Virus record (IMG/VR): IMGVR_UViG_3300020045_020219
Location: 1 to 35,570 of that record
Reading direction: 5' to 3' (one strand)
Origin: a virus
Lineage: Duplodnaviria > Caudoviricetes
Length of the DNA stretch: 35,570 nucleotides
Shown here one piece after another: positions 25,953-34,816 of the stretch. Both the position numbers and the translations under genes were made by a program. The first letter of the stretch is position 1. Each line of letters opens with the position of its first letter. The notes below the pieces were generated by a model. It saw nothing but the letters and a program-made list of their open reading frames with translations, did no database searches and was not told the origin of the DNA.

Positions 25953-27502
25953 TTTCCTCTCCTCACAAAACATGAATCAATGTATGGCCTTCCAATAGCC
26001 AATTGCTGCAAAACAGCAACCTCCGCAAATATACTTTGCTCATGTCTCATTTTATCAATCTCCACATAAATCAATCCTTTTTCTAAATCTTCTTTTTTCT
26101 GATTTAAAGCAATGCCCAAATCAATTCCACGTCTTTTCTCTATTGAACCGGCCCAGCTTCCTTTGCCTACTTTTTTCCCAGTTCTTTCCGTATTACTCTG
26201 AGATGCAGTAATTGATAAACAATGTTTTTCTTGCGCCAATGCTTTATGAGCATCCCATATTTGGTTTAAGCTTCCATACAAGTCGTTAGGATTATACAAC
26301 TTAAATTTATCAGCATAATCCGTTATGAAAAAATCAACAATAAAATCATCATAAAATTCCAGATTATTAACATATGCAATCATCTTGTCAACGGTCAAGG
26401 TATTTGTCGGAAATTCTACCAAATGAAATTTTCCTGCTTTTGTTAAAGTCCCAGACCTTTTCAATTGTTCATATTTATGTACCGCAATAGCCGGATCAAG
26501 AATATTCCTTTCTTCTTTTTTCCACCATGAAGTTAATTTTGAATCATCCCAATTATCTCTGCAAGCAGAACACGGAATATACCCTCTTGGAGTTTCCTCC
26601 GGTTTGGGTAATTTGCCATTTTTATCAACCAAACAAATATTGCAAGATCGTTTTGATAAAGTGCAGGAATTAGTTTGGTTATAGAGACAGTCAAAAGAAG
26701 GGATTAAAACGTCAGGATTCAATGTAGGCGATGCCGTTAAGTCCTGCCATATCCTTCTACCCATTTTCCTTTCTTGCATCTCTAGGGACATAAAGATGCC
26801 GTTAAACCCCCTAAAGACTCCTATCTTTGAAAGGAACCATAGCCACCAGGTTTTGCCTACACCGGATTCAGCTTGGAAAGCCATTGAATATCCTCTTTCC
26901 AAAGGCCCACAGGCTTGTCCTAATGCTCCCGGCAATGTCATTAAAATATCAGGATTCTCTTCATTGGTTTTTGTTGATTCCGAAATGAATTGGATATCTC
27001 TTAAAGGGTCGACCCCTTTGGATTTTATTCTTTCAGGTCTTTGATACTTTTTTATTAGAGCCTCTCCTTCATCAATTCTACCTCCTGTTATTGCTTTGCC
27101 GAGTTCTTGATGGATATGTTTTAAGTTCGTTAGTCTGAAATATTCTTCAGCAATATCTAAAAAATAATCTGTATTGAAATTTTCCGATCTTTCAAAATCG
27201 TCTGAAAGGCCTGTTAAGAAATCTTCAATTAAATTTGCTCTTTCTTCATCTAAGGTAGATTTGTTTCTCAAAAAGATTTCTTCAATATTTTTTTGAGGAG
27301 CTTGATTGTAACTGTCATAGTAATCTAAGCACCAGTCTGCAACTGTTTTGGTAAAATCCGTTTGAAATTTACCGTTCAGAAGTAAAGGCTTCACCTCTCT
27401 TAAAAATCTGTCAGAAATAATCATCCCAGTGATAATTTTTCTTTCCTGGGAGGCGTTAACCGGATTTTTTCGTTCGCGTATTAGTTCGTTGAGTTCAGGC
27501 AT
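25949..27502 (-). CDS. dnaB: DnaB-like (SF4) replicative helicase with Cys-rich insertion
   Basis: ESGVGKT, SLEM, ITDYAD, LAQE...ITASQ, K.R. Confidence 0.85.
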   Translation of the reverse strand: MPELNELIRERKNPVNASQERKIITGMIISDRFLREVKPLLLNGKFQTDFTKTVADWCLDYYDSYNQAPQKNIEEIFLRNKSTLDEERANLIEDFLTGLSDDFERSENFNTDYFLDIAEEYFRLTNLKHIHQELGKAITGGRIDEGEALIKKYQRPERIKSKGVDPLRDIQFISESTKTNEENPDILMTLPGALGQACGPLERGYSMAFQAESGVGKTWWLWFLSKIGVFRGFNGIFMSLEMQERKMGRRIWQDLTASPTLNPDVLIPSFDCLYNQTNSCTLSKRSCNICLVDKNGKLPKPEETPRGYIPCSACRDNWDDSKLTSWWKKEERNILDPAIAVHKYEQLKRSGTLTKAGKFHLVEFPTNTLTVDKMIAYVNNLEFYDDFIVDFFITDYADKFKLYNPNDLYGSLNQIWDAHKALAQEKHCLSITASQSNTERTGKKVGKGSWAGSIEKRRGIDLGIALNQKKEDLEKGLIYVEIDKMRHEQSIFAEVAVLQQLAIGRPYIDSCFVRRGK

Positions 27503-28293
27503 TTATTCTTTTCAAAATGAATATCGACACATTTATTTAAACGATCAATTATATCTGCTCTGTCATAATGAATTTGTTTATTTGGATTTCTCCCTAATTT
27601 ATCCCATCTGCAAAGTGCCACTAAATCAGGCAGCCAAGGATGATTTAGTAATTCTTGAACTTTGGAAGGTTTTCTCATATCCCCTAAAATCAGATACCAA
27701 AATCTCATATGATGTTCAATTAACCATAATGATTTTGCACTTAAATAATCTTGCATCATTTTAACAGATTCTTTTTTATGAGTATGTTCTATTTCAGGAA
27801 GTTCATCCCAAAATTCTTGGAGCTTTGTTTCCGGTTCTTTTGAATCTAAAATATCAAGAATTTCTCTTACAGTATTTAACCTGCTTCCTCTTATTCCATA
27901 ACGGGCAGCTTGTCTTCTTGCATACCCGATAAAAGCTGCTAAATTTTTTGTATAGAATTTATCTCTATTTCTTTGAATCGCTTTCCAGATAAGGCTTGAA
28001 TGTTCAATCATCTCTTCTGGAGCATGAAGCATATCCATAGCAACAGTTTGACCTTCACATGCCAGTTGAATGAAATAATGCAAAGAAAATATTTCAGTAT
28101 CCACATCATCTTTTGTATTCTTGCCTGATTTGTCTTTTGTTGAATAGTTATACACTTTTGGTATTTGGTTCAAAAGAACCTGCCTTTCTGTTGGCAGGAA
28201 TATCCCTTTATAATCTAAGTCAGAATTTTCTGAATCAGTTCCATATAAATGAGAACCAAATTTCATTTTGACGATTAAATTTAACTCATCCAT
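27481..28293 (-). CDS. RlaP/Nuc-transf-like nucleotidyltransferase with an apparent HD-like C-terminal fragment
   Basis: FGSHLYGT....SDLDYKGIFLP, F.GYA..QA.RYG.RGSRL; the tail LWLIEHHMR...L...DK.GR resembles the second half of an HD domain. Confidence 0.75.
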   Translation of the reverse strand: MDELNLIVKMKFGSHLYGTDSENSDLDYKGIFLPTERQVLLNQIPKVYNYSTKDKSGKNTKDDVDTEIFSLHYFIQLACEGQTVAMDMLHAPEEMIEHSSLIWKAIQRNRDKFYTKNLAAFIGYARRQAARYGIRGSRLNTVREILDILDSKEPETKLQEFWDELPEIEHTHKKESVKMMQDYLSAKSLWLIEHHMRFWYLILGDMRKPSKVQELLNHPWLPDLVALCRWDKLGRNPNKQIHYDRADIIDRLNKCVDIHFEKNKCLNSTN

Positions 28294-28297
28294 TTTA

Positions 28298-28453
28298 TTA
28301 CCTTGTTAAAATAATAAGTTCATCAATCCATTCTTTTGGAACGCTTTTCTTTGAAATTTTATACCTATAAATAGCTTTTAAAATTTCTGCAACTCTTTGT
28401 TCCTCGTGAATTTGTTTTGGCTTTAACCCTAATGGCGGCTTTAATTCATTCAT
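28298..28453 (-). CDS. small phage protein (MNELKPPLGLKPK...AIYRY...PKEWIDE)
   Basis: Not in the track; 51 aa, GGAGG SD, fills the gap. Confidence 0.7.
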   Translation of the reverse strand: MNELKPPLGLKPKQIHEEQRVAEILKAIYRYKISKKSVPKEWIDELIILTR

Positions 28454-29276
28454 TCAAAACCTCCCAACTCATAATTGGAATTTTATTAATTGAAAATTCC
28501 TTAAAAATATCTATCAACCCCTGCTTATTATAGCAAGGCTTTTCTGGCTTAATAATAGGACAACCTTCAAAAGGAAGTTTAACCAGTCTTAACATCAACT
28601 CTGCTTGCTCTGTGTCAATAAAACTATTTATCTTCTGCCATTTAACAGAAGAAATTTTCAGTTCATTATGCAACCATTGAATAACTGTCTTTTCTCCGAT
28701 GCCTTTTATCCCTTCTACATTGTCGCTTTGACACCCTCCCAATTGTTTAACTTTTATCCAATCGGTCGGCTTTATATTATATAAACTTTCAAATTTTTCA
28801 GCAGTGATGATTTCTTCTTTCTTTGGAAAATATATTCTACAATAGTCTAATAACTGTAATAAATCTTCATCGCCAGTGACTACAATTGGGAGTCTTATAT
28901 TTTCTTTTTGGTTCATTACGATAGAAGCAATAACGTCATCGGCTTCGAATCCCGGTTCTTCATAAACTTGAAATCCGATTTTTGGTAAAATATATTCTTT
29001 GAGTTTATTGATCTGATTATAAGCTTCTTCAATTACCTGCGGGCTTTCCTCTTCCTTGCCTCTGTTGTTCTTGTATTCAGGATAAAGATCTTTTCTTTTA
29101 TTGGTTTTATTATCAGCGGTAATGACAATAAAAGGGTCTTTGAATTTATCTATTAAGCCAGTAATTTGGGCAAGAGTTCCAAATATAATTCCATTGGTTA
29201 GATTACTGGTAACATAATGGGCTCGCCAAGCAAGATAGTGAAGGTCGATGATTAGCATTTTATTTATCCATTTCAA
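28446..29276 (-). CDS. 5'-3' exonuclease/flap endonuclease (PolI N-terminal, T4 RNase H-like)
   Basis: LIID, YPEYK.NR, EADDVIA, TGDEDLLQL, G..SDNV.GI.GIGEKT. Confidence 0.92.
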   Translation of the reverse strand: MKWINKMLIIDLHYLAWRAHYVTSNLTNGIIFGTLAQITGLIDKFKDPFIVITADNKTNKRKDLYPEYKNNRGKEEESPQVIEEAYNQINKLKEYILPKIGFQVYEEPGFEADDVIASIVMNQKENIRLPIVVTGDEDLLQLLDYCRIYFPKKEEIITAEKFESLYNIKPTDWIKVKQLGGCQSDNVEGIKGIGEKTVIQWLHNELKISSVKWQKINSFIDTEQAELMLRLVKLPFEGCPIIKPEKPCYNKQGLIDIFKEFSINKIPIMSWEVLNE

Positions 29277-29787
29277 AGGGCATCAATTGAATATCTTTTC
29301 GAGTGTATAAAGGATGTCTGCAAGTATTTCCTAAACAAAAAATTTTATCCTCTCTTAACAAAGTTATCACTTCTTTAACTCTTCGAGAATATTTCTTTCC
29401 TTCTGATCCCCATGCAGCTATAATTCTTGATGCTTCTTTTTGTCCTTGTAAAATATAATTATTATTTTCTCTTCCGATAACCCAATCTAAATATTCGTAA
29501 TAGTTTTCAGAGGATGTGATATCCCCAAGATTTTTCCATCTTAAATATAATTTTTTAGAATCTGTTTCTCTCCAAGCAAAAAGATTTGTCATTATTAACT
29601 TATTATATCCCCAAGAAGAAGCAAATCCAATACATCTTCTTATTGTGGGATCGTCAATTTTATCATCTGCTGTTGAAGGGTTTAAACCGATAAACATAAC
29701 TGTTTTAACAGGAAATAATCCTGACCAATCTCTAGTCAAACAATATCTAAATTTTTTGTCTTTTGAAAAATTGGCAGTTTTAAGCAT
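29260..29787 (-). CDS. DUF1643 family protein
   Basis: RY.L.R.W, FIGLNPSTAD...DDPTIRRC..FA..WGY, NLFA, AAWG, RHPLY. Confidence 0.88.
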   Translation of the reverse strand: MLKTANFSKDKKFRYCLTRDWSGLFPVKTVMFIGLNPSTADDKIDDPTIRRCIGFASSWGYNKLIMTNLFAWRETDSKKLYLRWKNLGDITSSENYYEYLDWVIGRENNNYILQGQKEASRIIAAWGSEGKKYSRRVKEVITLLREDKIFCLGNTCRHPLYTRKDIQLMPFEMDK

Positions 29788-29976
29788 TTATTTTAAGAGT
29801 TCCTTGTTTACATGCCATCCTGAAGAGCAAATAAAATTAAATAATTTTTTCTTGCCGGAGTCTGATAATTTTTTTAAAATATAAGCATCTTCTGAATTGA
29901 AATGAGTATTAAAAACATCTTTTTCCATCAATTCTCTTTCGGATTTATATTCTGGCCAAGTGACATCTATTGACAT
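29788..29976 (-). CDS. hypothetical protein
   Basis: 62-aa ORF in the tight array. Confidence 0.65.
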   Translation of the reverse strand: MSIDVTWPEYKSERELMEKDVFNTHFNSEDAYILKKLSDSGKKKLFNFICSSGWHVNKELLK

Positions 29977-30140
29977 TATTTCTTTCCTTCTAACTTTTCA
30001 ACCCATTCTTTTGCTTGTTCTTTCGTCCAATCTGGCATCTGACTCATCCCTGAATTAATTTGTTCTAAAAGAAAGATAAGTTTATCCAGTTCGTATTTAT
30101 AAATCTGGAGATGGAAAATTTCAAATTTTTCTATTTTCAT
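29976..30140 (-). CDS. hypothetical protein (54 aa)
   Basis: Not in the track; MKIEKFEIFH..., TAATG coupling. Confidence 0.6.
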   Translation of the reverse strand: MKIEKFEIFHLQIYKYELDKLIFLLEQINSGMSQMPDWTKEQAKEWVEKLEGKK

Positions 30141-30288
30141 TTCTTTCCTGCTGCTTAGAAGTTAAAATTGATATCTTAAATTCCTTTGCAATCTTTGACA
30201 ATCCCTCATAATTTTGTTTTCTTTTATTTCTTGATAATAGATCATTTGAATAATCGATTATCCAAACTCCATTAATATTTTGAATCAT
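30121..30288 (-). CDS. 55-aa ORF resembling a DnaB helicase motif fragment
   Basis: Not in the track; VWIIDY...L..IAKEF.ISILT..QQ.R; AAGGA SD. Confidence 0.5.
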   Translation of the reverse strand: MIQNINGVWIIDYSNDLLSRNKRKQNYEGLSKIAKEFKISILTSKQQERNENRKI

Positions 30289-30427
30289 TTCTTTCCTTCA
30301 TCTCCTTTAAAATTTTTTCTCCTGCAAGACGTTTCGGGTCAACTTTCCAGGAAGTTTTGATATAACCAATCTTTTGAAGGTCTTTACCTAATTGATAATC
30401 TGCTTCTAATTGTTCAGGAGTTTTCAT
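30272..30427 (-). CDS. hypothetical protein (51 aa)
   Basis: Not in the track; MKTPEQLEAD..., fills the gap. Confidence 0.5.
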   Translation of the reverse strand: MKTPEQLEADYQLGKDLQKIGYIKTSWKVDPKRLAGEKILKEMKERNDSKY

Positions 30428-30635
30428 TGTTTAAAAATCCTTTTGGAACCATTCCAGAGGTTCCCTCAAGAAAATATTGTTCATCTTCTTTAGCCAGTGT
30501 ATTTTCAAACAGTATAACAAAACGATCAACACAATCTTCATAACTAAGATTTAAACCATCAGCTAATTCTATAATTCTTTGGGATAAGCTTATATCTAAA
30601 CCAGCATCATAAAGTCTTTGTTCAATATAATTCAT
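30414..30635 (-). CDS. hypothetical protein
   Basis: 73-aa ORF with AAGGA SD. Confidence 0.65.
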   Translation of the reverse strand: MNYIEQRLYDAGLDISLSQRIIELADGLNLSYEDCVDRFVILFENTLAKEDEQYFLEGTSGMVPKGFLNNENS

Positions 30636-30642
30636 AATTCCT

Positions 30643-32022
30643 TCATATATTTACTTTGAAAGAAGAGTAAGTATTTTCTAATTCTTCCAAATATCCCTGA
30701 AAATATCCATAAGGAGAAAACATCTTTTCAGGATCGTCTATTCGATTGAAATTGTTTAGATGCTTTGCATATCCTTGAAACATTGGTTCAAGTTGCCCCA
30801 TTCCTTTCCCTATAACCTCTGCTAATTTCGGGTTTGGTAAAGTAAAATCAAAAATTTCATCTTTAACGACTCTATTTTCTATACTCTTTATTCCATTATA
30901 TATTTTTTTGTAATCTTTTTCTGAAAAATATTTTAATAAACCTCTTTCTTGAAAGTATTTTGTGTATTGAGGATTGTAGTCTTTGACTTCTTCATGGATA
31001 GTCTGAACTCCATTACTTAAACAGGATAAAAACCAACTACTGCCTGTTCGAGGATTATAAAAAAATTCATCAATTCTTTTCGTAAGAGTTTTTTTATTTA
31101 GAGGGTAATTACCTTGCAGAAAACATTTTTGATATTTGCCTATTGCACAAATAATTTCTCTTGTTGTAAATTTCTTATCATGCCAATCATCAGGGATTTT
31201 ATACCATGAAAGTTTTTCTTTATCTAAAAGACATCTTTTGAAGAAAATACCTTTTGTTAAATATTTAAAATAAAGAGAAAAGATTTTCAAAGTTTCAGTC
31301 GGTTCGTTTTTATGAGTTGTTAATTCAGGAATATCATTCCAATATTGAAGTATTTTCATTTCTTCATCTTCTAGTTTGAATATTGGTTTTTTTGAAGGTA
31401 TTTCTTTTGAGATTATTTCTTCATTTCTTTGAGGTGCTTTTCTTTTTGGAAAAAAAGTTTCTGAAGGATTTGCAGAATCAGATAAAATATCTTTAGATAT
31501 TTCTTTATCTTCTTTACTATTATCTAACCTATATTCTTTAATAAATGATACGATTTGGTCAGAGTAAATCGTATCATTTAGTCTGCATAAATTATTTAAT
31601 TTATGGTTGTTTAAAATGTCCTTTTTCAAACCATCAATATAATAAGGGACAATACCTTCATCGTTTGTTCTTAAAACTCTTTTTCTTCCATTAAAACTTT
31701 CTTCAATAACAATTCCTGCTTTTTTTAATTTAACAATCATATTTGTTATTGATTGTTTGTGTACATTTAAAAGTTTTGCAAAATAATCGTTTGAAGCATA
31801 ACACCCTGTTTTTTCATTATCTAAAGATCTTATTTCTGAATATAGAAATTTTTCTGTAGGAGTAAGATATGGACAATAAGCAATTTTTAAAGGGATAAGG
31901 ATAAACTCAAATCTTCTAGGAAAGGTTAAGAAATGTTCTTTAAGCATTTCTTTTAAACCTTCGTCTATTGTTAAATTTTTTTGTTTTTCTTTGGTATTAT
32001 CAGGAATTAAAATATCAGACAC
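30643..32022 (-). CDS. phage replication initiator-like protein with N-terminal winged HTH
   Basis: LTPTEKFLY.EI.SL....GCYASN.YFA.LL......I...I.KL...G.V; GTG start with GGAGG SD. Confidence 0.75.
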   Translation of the reverse strand: MSDILIPDNTKEKQKNLTIDEGLKEMLKEHFLTFPRRFEFILIPLKIAYCPYLTPTEKFLYSEIRSLDNEKTGCYASNDYFAKLLNVHKQSITNMIVKLKKAGIVIEESFNGRKRVLRTNDEGIVPYYIDGLKKDILNNHKLNNLCRLNDTIYSDQIVSFIKEYRLDNSKEDKEISKDILSDSANPSETFFPKRKAPQRNEEIISKEIPSKKPIFKLEDEEMKILQYWNDIPELTTHKNEPTETLKIFSLYFKYLTKGIFFKRCLLDKEKLSWYKIPDDWHDKKFTTREIICAIGKYQKCFLQGNYPLNKKTLTKRIDEFFYNPRTGSSWFLSCLSNGVQTIHEEVKDYNPQYTKYFQERGLLKYFSEKDYKKIYNGIKSIENRVVKDEIFDFTLPNPKLAEVIGKGMGQLEPMFQGYAKHLNNFNRIDDPEKMFSPYGYFQGYLEELENTYSSFKVNI

Positions 32023-32079
32023 AATAAACCCTCCGCACTAAAGGTTTCCCTCGTATCCCGGAGAGTGCGCTCCGGGATA
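32023..32079 (-). promoter_or_regulatory. structured 5' leader (hairpin, GAAA tetraloop hairpin, potential pseudoknot) abutting the initiator SD
   Basis: mRNA: UAUCCCGGAG-CGCACU-CUCCGGGAUA-C-GAGG GAAA CCUU-U-AGUGCG-GAGGG-UUUAUU-GUG. Confidence 0.65.
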
Positions 32080-32335
32080 ATCAAGGAGAAAGAAAGCTGT
32101 GATCCGGCCAAGACCACATACATGAAAAGAAAGGCAGGAGAAAGAACCTCTCTTTTAAAGCCTTATTATATATTTAAAAAATAAGATTAAAAGGAGAAAA
32201 TTTTATAGTTTTCATAGGATTTATAGAAAAACAAAAAGGATTTTTATTAAAAAATATTGGATGAAAATTTTAATTAAGAAATTATTCAATAAATCCAATA
32301 ATATATCTCCTATAAAAAATATTTTAAAAAATAGC

Positions 32336-32363
32336 TTGACTTTTTTAAAAAAGTCTATATAAT
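32336..32363 (+). promoter_or_regulatory. sigma70-type early promoter
   Basis: TTGACT-16 nt-TATAAT with AT-rich upstream element; closely similar context at 34817. Confidence 0.8.
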
Positions 32364-32388
32364 AAAGCATAATTAAAAAGGAGGTTAT

Positions 32389-32547
32389 ATGGCAGGAATT
32401 TTACAACATTATTTAAACCCTCTTCATATTTATTGCAGATTAAGAGATTTTGGATTAAGTAAAATAACAGCAGGAAAAGTAACCTCCAAATATGAAAATT
32501 GTTTCTTTATCAAATTACATTTAATCAGGAAGGAGTCTCAAAAATGA
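32389..32547 (+). CDS. small protein (MAGILQHYLNPLHIYCRLRDFG...)
   Basis: Not in the track; AAGGAGG SD, 52 aa, ATGA overlap with the next gene. Confidence 0.75.
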   Translation: MAGILQHYLNPLHIYCRLRDFGLSKITAGKVTSKYENCFFIKLHLIRKESQK

Positions 32548-32696
32548 AGACAAAAGATGAAAAAAAGGATTTAGTATTACTTGGAGTTAGCATTGATAAA
32601 AGTACAAAAGAACTGCTGAACAAAGAGGCAGAAAAGGAGAAAAGGAGTTTGTCAAGTCATGTTGTATGGATACTTGAAAAACATTTAAGCCAATGA
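32544..32696 (+). CDS. ribbon-helix-helix (Arc/CopG-like) regulator
   Basis: LGVSI....KELL..EAEKE.RSLS..V..IL; AGGAG SD. Confidence 0.75.
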   Translation: MKTKDEKKDLVLLGVSIDKSTKELLNKEAEKEKRSLSSHVVWILEKHLSQ

Positions 32697-33238
32697 GAAT
32701 AACCATGAACCAGACCTTTAAGCGCAAAGCCCCTAATCGGGAAATTCCTACTTTTAGCGATTATGAAAAGCTTATAAATTCAGTGTCGTGGAAGTGGCAC
32801 TGTAAAACAGGTTGGGAATATGATGAATTGATTGCTGAAGGAAATCTGGTTTTCGTGAAAGTAAGTAAGGATTATATTCCTGAAAAAAGTAAATTCTCTG
32901 CAAGGCTGGGATATTTTCTGGAACAACATTTCCAGAATCTTTTGAATACATCTAGAACTCAAAAGAGATTTGGAACTTCTTGTGAACTGGATGAGACTTT
33001 TTTTAAATCAAATTTGGATGAAGAATCGATTGTAACTTTTTTTGATTTATTAAAAGAATTGCCAGAAGATTCCAAGGAGGTGGTCAAGGCTATATATGAT
33101 ACTCCTGCTGAAATATTGGAGGTGCTGGAAATTACAAGAATATCTCAGTCGGCAATATATCGGTATTTTACCGAAATTAAAGGATGGGGACAGACTCGGA
33201 CGGCTAATGCGTTTCAAGAAATTAAAAATGTTTTATGA
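32693..33238 (+). CDS. sigma-70 region-2-like phage sigma factor
   Basis: Y.KLI......W......EYDELI.EG.L.F......Y.PEK.KFS. Confidence 0.65.
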   Translation: MRITMNQTFKRKAPNREIPTFSDYEKLINSVSWKWHCKTGWEYDELIAEGNLVFVKVSKDYIPEKSKFSARLGYFLEQHFQNLLNTSRTQKRFGTSCELDETFFKSNLDEESIVTFFDLLKELPEDSKEVVKAIYDTPAEILEVLEITRISQSAIYRYFTEIKGWGQTRTANAFQEIKNVL

Positions 33239-33246
33239 GGGAGAAA

Positions 33247-33396
33247 ATGGGGTTTTATTCAAAGAAAGTTGAAGGCGGATCAGGAGGCAAAAGAGGGCAT
33301 TCTAATATGACCCATTGGGAATATACAGAGGTTATTAAAAAGTCTTCTAAAAAGAAAAGACGTCAAATTGACAAAAGGGCAGTAAAGGAGAAATAA
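33247..33396 (+). CDS. small basic protein (49 aa)
   Basis: Not in the track; GAGGGAG SD; GG.GG.RGHSNM.HW. Confidence 0.65.
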   Translation: MGFYSKKVEGGSGGKRGHSNMTHWEYTEVIKKSSKKKRRQIDKRAVKEK

Positions 33397-33397
33397 G

Positions 33398-33712
33398 ATG
33401 AATAAAAAATATAAAATAGGAAAATATATTCATCGGCATTTAGGTGAAGTCGTGATCGACGAACAATGTTTAGATCTTCAAAAAAGAGACGGGACAAAAG
33501 AAACTCTTTTTGTTGTTTACCAAGGAGAAATTCGAGAGGTTACAAAACGTTTAGTGGAGAAAATAAAAAAGAATAAATATGTGATTAAAGATATCCTTAC
33601 AAACGATAGGCATCCTGGAAAAATATATGCAAGATTGTATGACAGTGATGAATTAATTTGTTCTGCAACTCTTGATTATTGCATTGAACGAGTGAAAGGA
33701 TTATTAAAATGA
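33398..33712 (+). CDS. hypothetical protein
   Basis: 104 aa, AAGGAG SD. Confidence 0.7.
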   Translation: MNKKYKIGKYIHRHLGEVVIDEQCLDLQKRDGTKETLFVVYQGEIREVTKRLVEKIKKNKYVIKDILTNDRHPGKIYARLYDSDELICSATLDYCIERVKGLLK

Positions 33713-33918
33713 AATCTCTCTTCAAAGGTACTTTCAATTATTCAGGACATAATTTTGTTCTTTTCACTCATTCGAACAGAAAAGAAAGTGCTTTTTTGAA
33801 TTTCATTTCTCAGATAGCAAAAAAGTTAAACGTAGGCAAAAGAACAGTTATATTCAAATTTGATGGGTTGATTGATAATTATTATATAGAGGAGATCAAA
33901 AATGAAAGAAGAAATTAA
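33709..33918 (+). CDS. hypothetical protein
   Basis: 69 aa, ATGA overlap. Confidence 0.7.
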   Translation: MKSLFKGTFNYSGHNFVLFTHSNRKESAFLNFISQIAKKLNVGKRTVIFKFDGLIDNYYIEEIKNERRN

Positions 33919-34237
33919 AATAACTTATGTATCTAATGATAATAGAAAATTTGATTCTAAAGAAGAATGTTTACAGCATGAAAAAAGGGTAAAAAGAGGC
34001 GCAATTGTTTTTGGTGGAGGGACAATAAATAAAAAGGAATTAGAACGCCTGTTGGTTAAAGGATATCGTCTTTGTAACTTTAAACCTAACTATTTATCTA
34101 TTCATAATCCAGAATGCTATGGCGGAGGGCAGGCAGGAGAGATATTTGGTTCTTTGGCGAATGAATTTGGAAAAATATATGATTCTCATAATTATCAAGT
34201 TCATGTTTTTAGAGGAGATATAGAGATGAAGAGATAA
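33902..34237 (+). CDS. hypothetical protein
   Basis: GAGGAG SD; Y...D...F.SKEECL.HE motif. Confidence 0.7.
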   Translation: MKEEIKITYVSNDNRKFDSKEECLQHEKRVKRGAIVFGGGTINKKELERLLVKGYRLCNFKPNYLSIHNPECYGGGQAGEIFGSLANEFGKIYDSHNYQVHVFRGDIEMKR

Positions 34238-34290
34238 GAATTGCGGAAGAAACAATAAGAGCCAAACTAGCAGAATAAGGAGATAAGAAA

Positions 34291-34419
34291 ATGATCACAA
34301 TTCATTATTATGACAGCAAAGGTAATATTGTAACAGACAGAGCTTGTAATCGGATGATGGAAATTTTTATGATTAAAGCTATCAAGAAAAATGGTTATAA
34401 AATAATCAGTATAGAATAA
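34291..34419 (+). CDS. hypothetical protein (42 aa)
   Basis: Not in the track; AAGGAG SD. Confidence 0.55.
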   Translation: MITIHYYDSKGNIVTDRACNRMMEIFMIKAIKKNGYKIISIE

Positions 34420-34435
34420 AAGGAGAAGAGGAATT

Positions 34436-34786
34436 ATGATAGATTTAAATAATAGGAAGCGTATTGATAATCAGGAATCGTTAGGAGATATGTTAAGAAG
34501 ATGGGGACAGGATATCAATAGACCTTTTCAGAAAAATTCTTTAGAAAATGATGAATTTTATTTAATCAACCAACCTGATATCCAACCAATAATCTGCTGT
34601 GGAAGAGAAGTTCAAGGCGGATATTGCAGACATTGTGGCAAAGAATTTAAAATGAAATTTGTTGTACTTGGAAATCATCCAGTTCTTAAATATGTAAACA
34701 AATATTGTTATACCAAAGAAGAAGCAGAAAGCGAAAAGACCAGTTTGGAGAAAATTGGCTATGAAGTGGAAATTAAACCTTTATAA
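34436..34786 (+). CDS. hypothetical protein with Zn-ribbon (CC...CRHCG)
   Basis: 116 aa, GAGGA SD. Confidence 0.65.
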   Translation: MIDLNNRKRIDNQESLGDMLRRWGQDINRPFQKNSLENDEFYLINQPDIQPIICCGREVQGGYCRHCGKEFKMKFVVLGNHPVLKYVNKYCYTKEEAESEKTSLEKIGYEVEIKPL

Positions 34787-34816
34787 AAAATATTTTAAAA
34801 AAAATAAAAAAATAGC

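Noticed and set aside
32054-32079. Intrinsic terminator
   Set aside because: No U tract on either strand; position and loop complementarity favour a translational leader.
3277-32962. Other antisense or nested track ORFs (e.g. 4809, 5585, 9476, 11243, 16020, 24590, 26796, 27429, 29516, 32780)
   Set aside because: They lie within well-supported genes and show no recognisable motifs.
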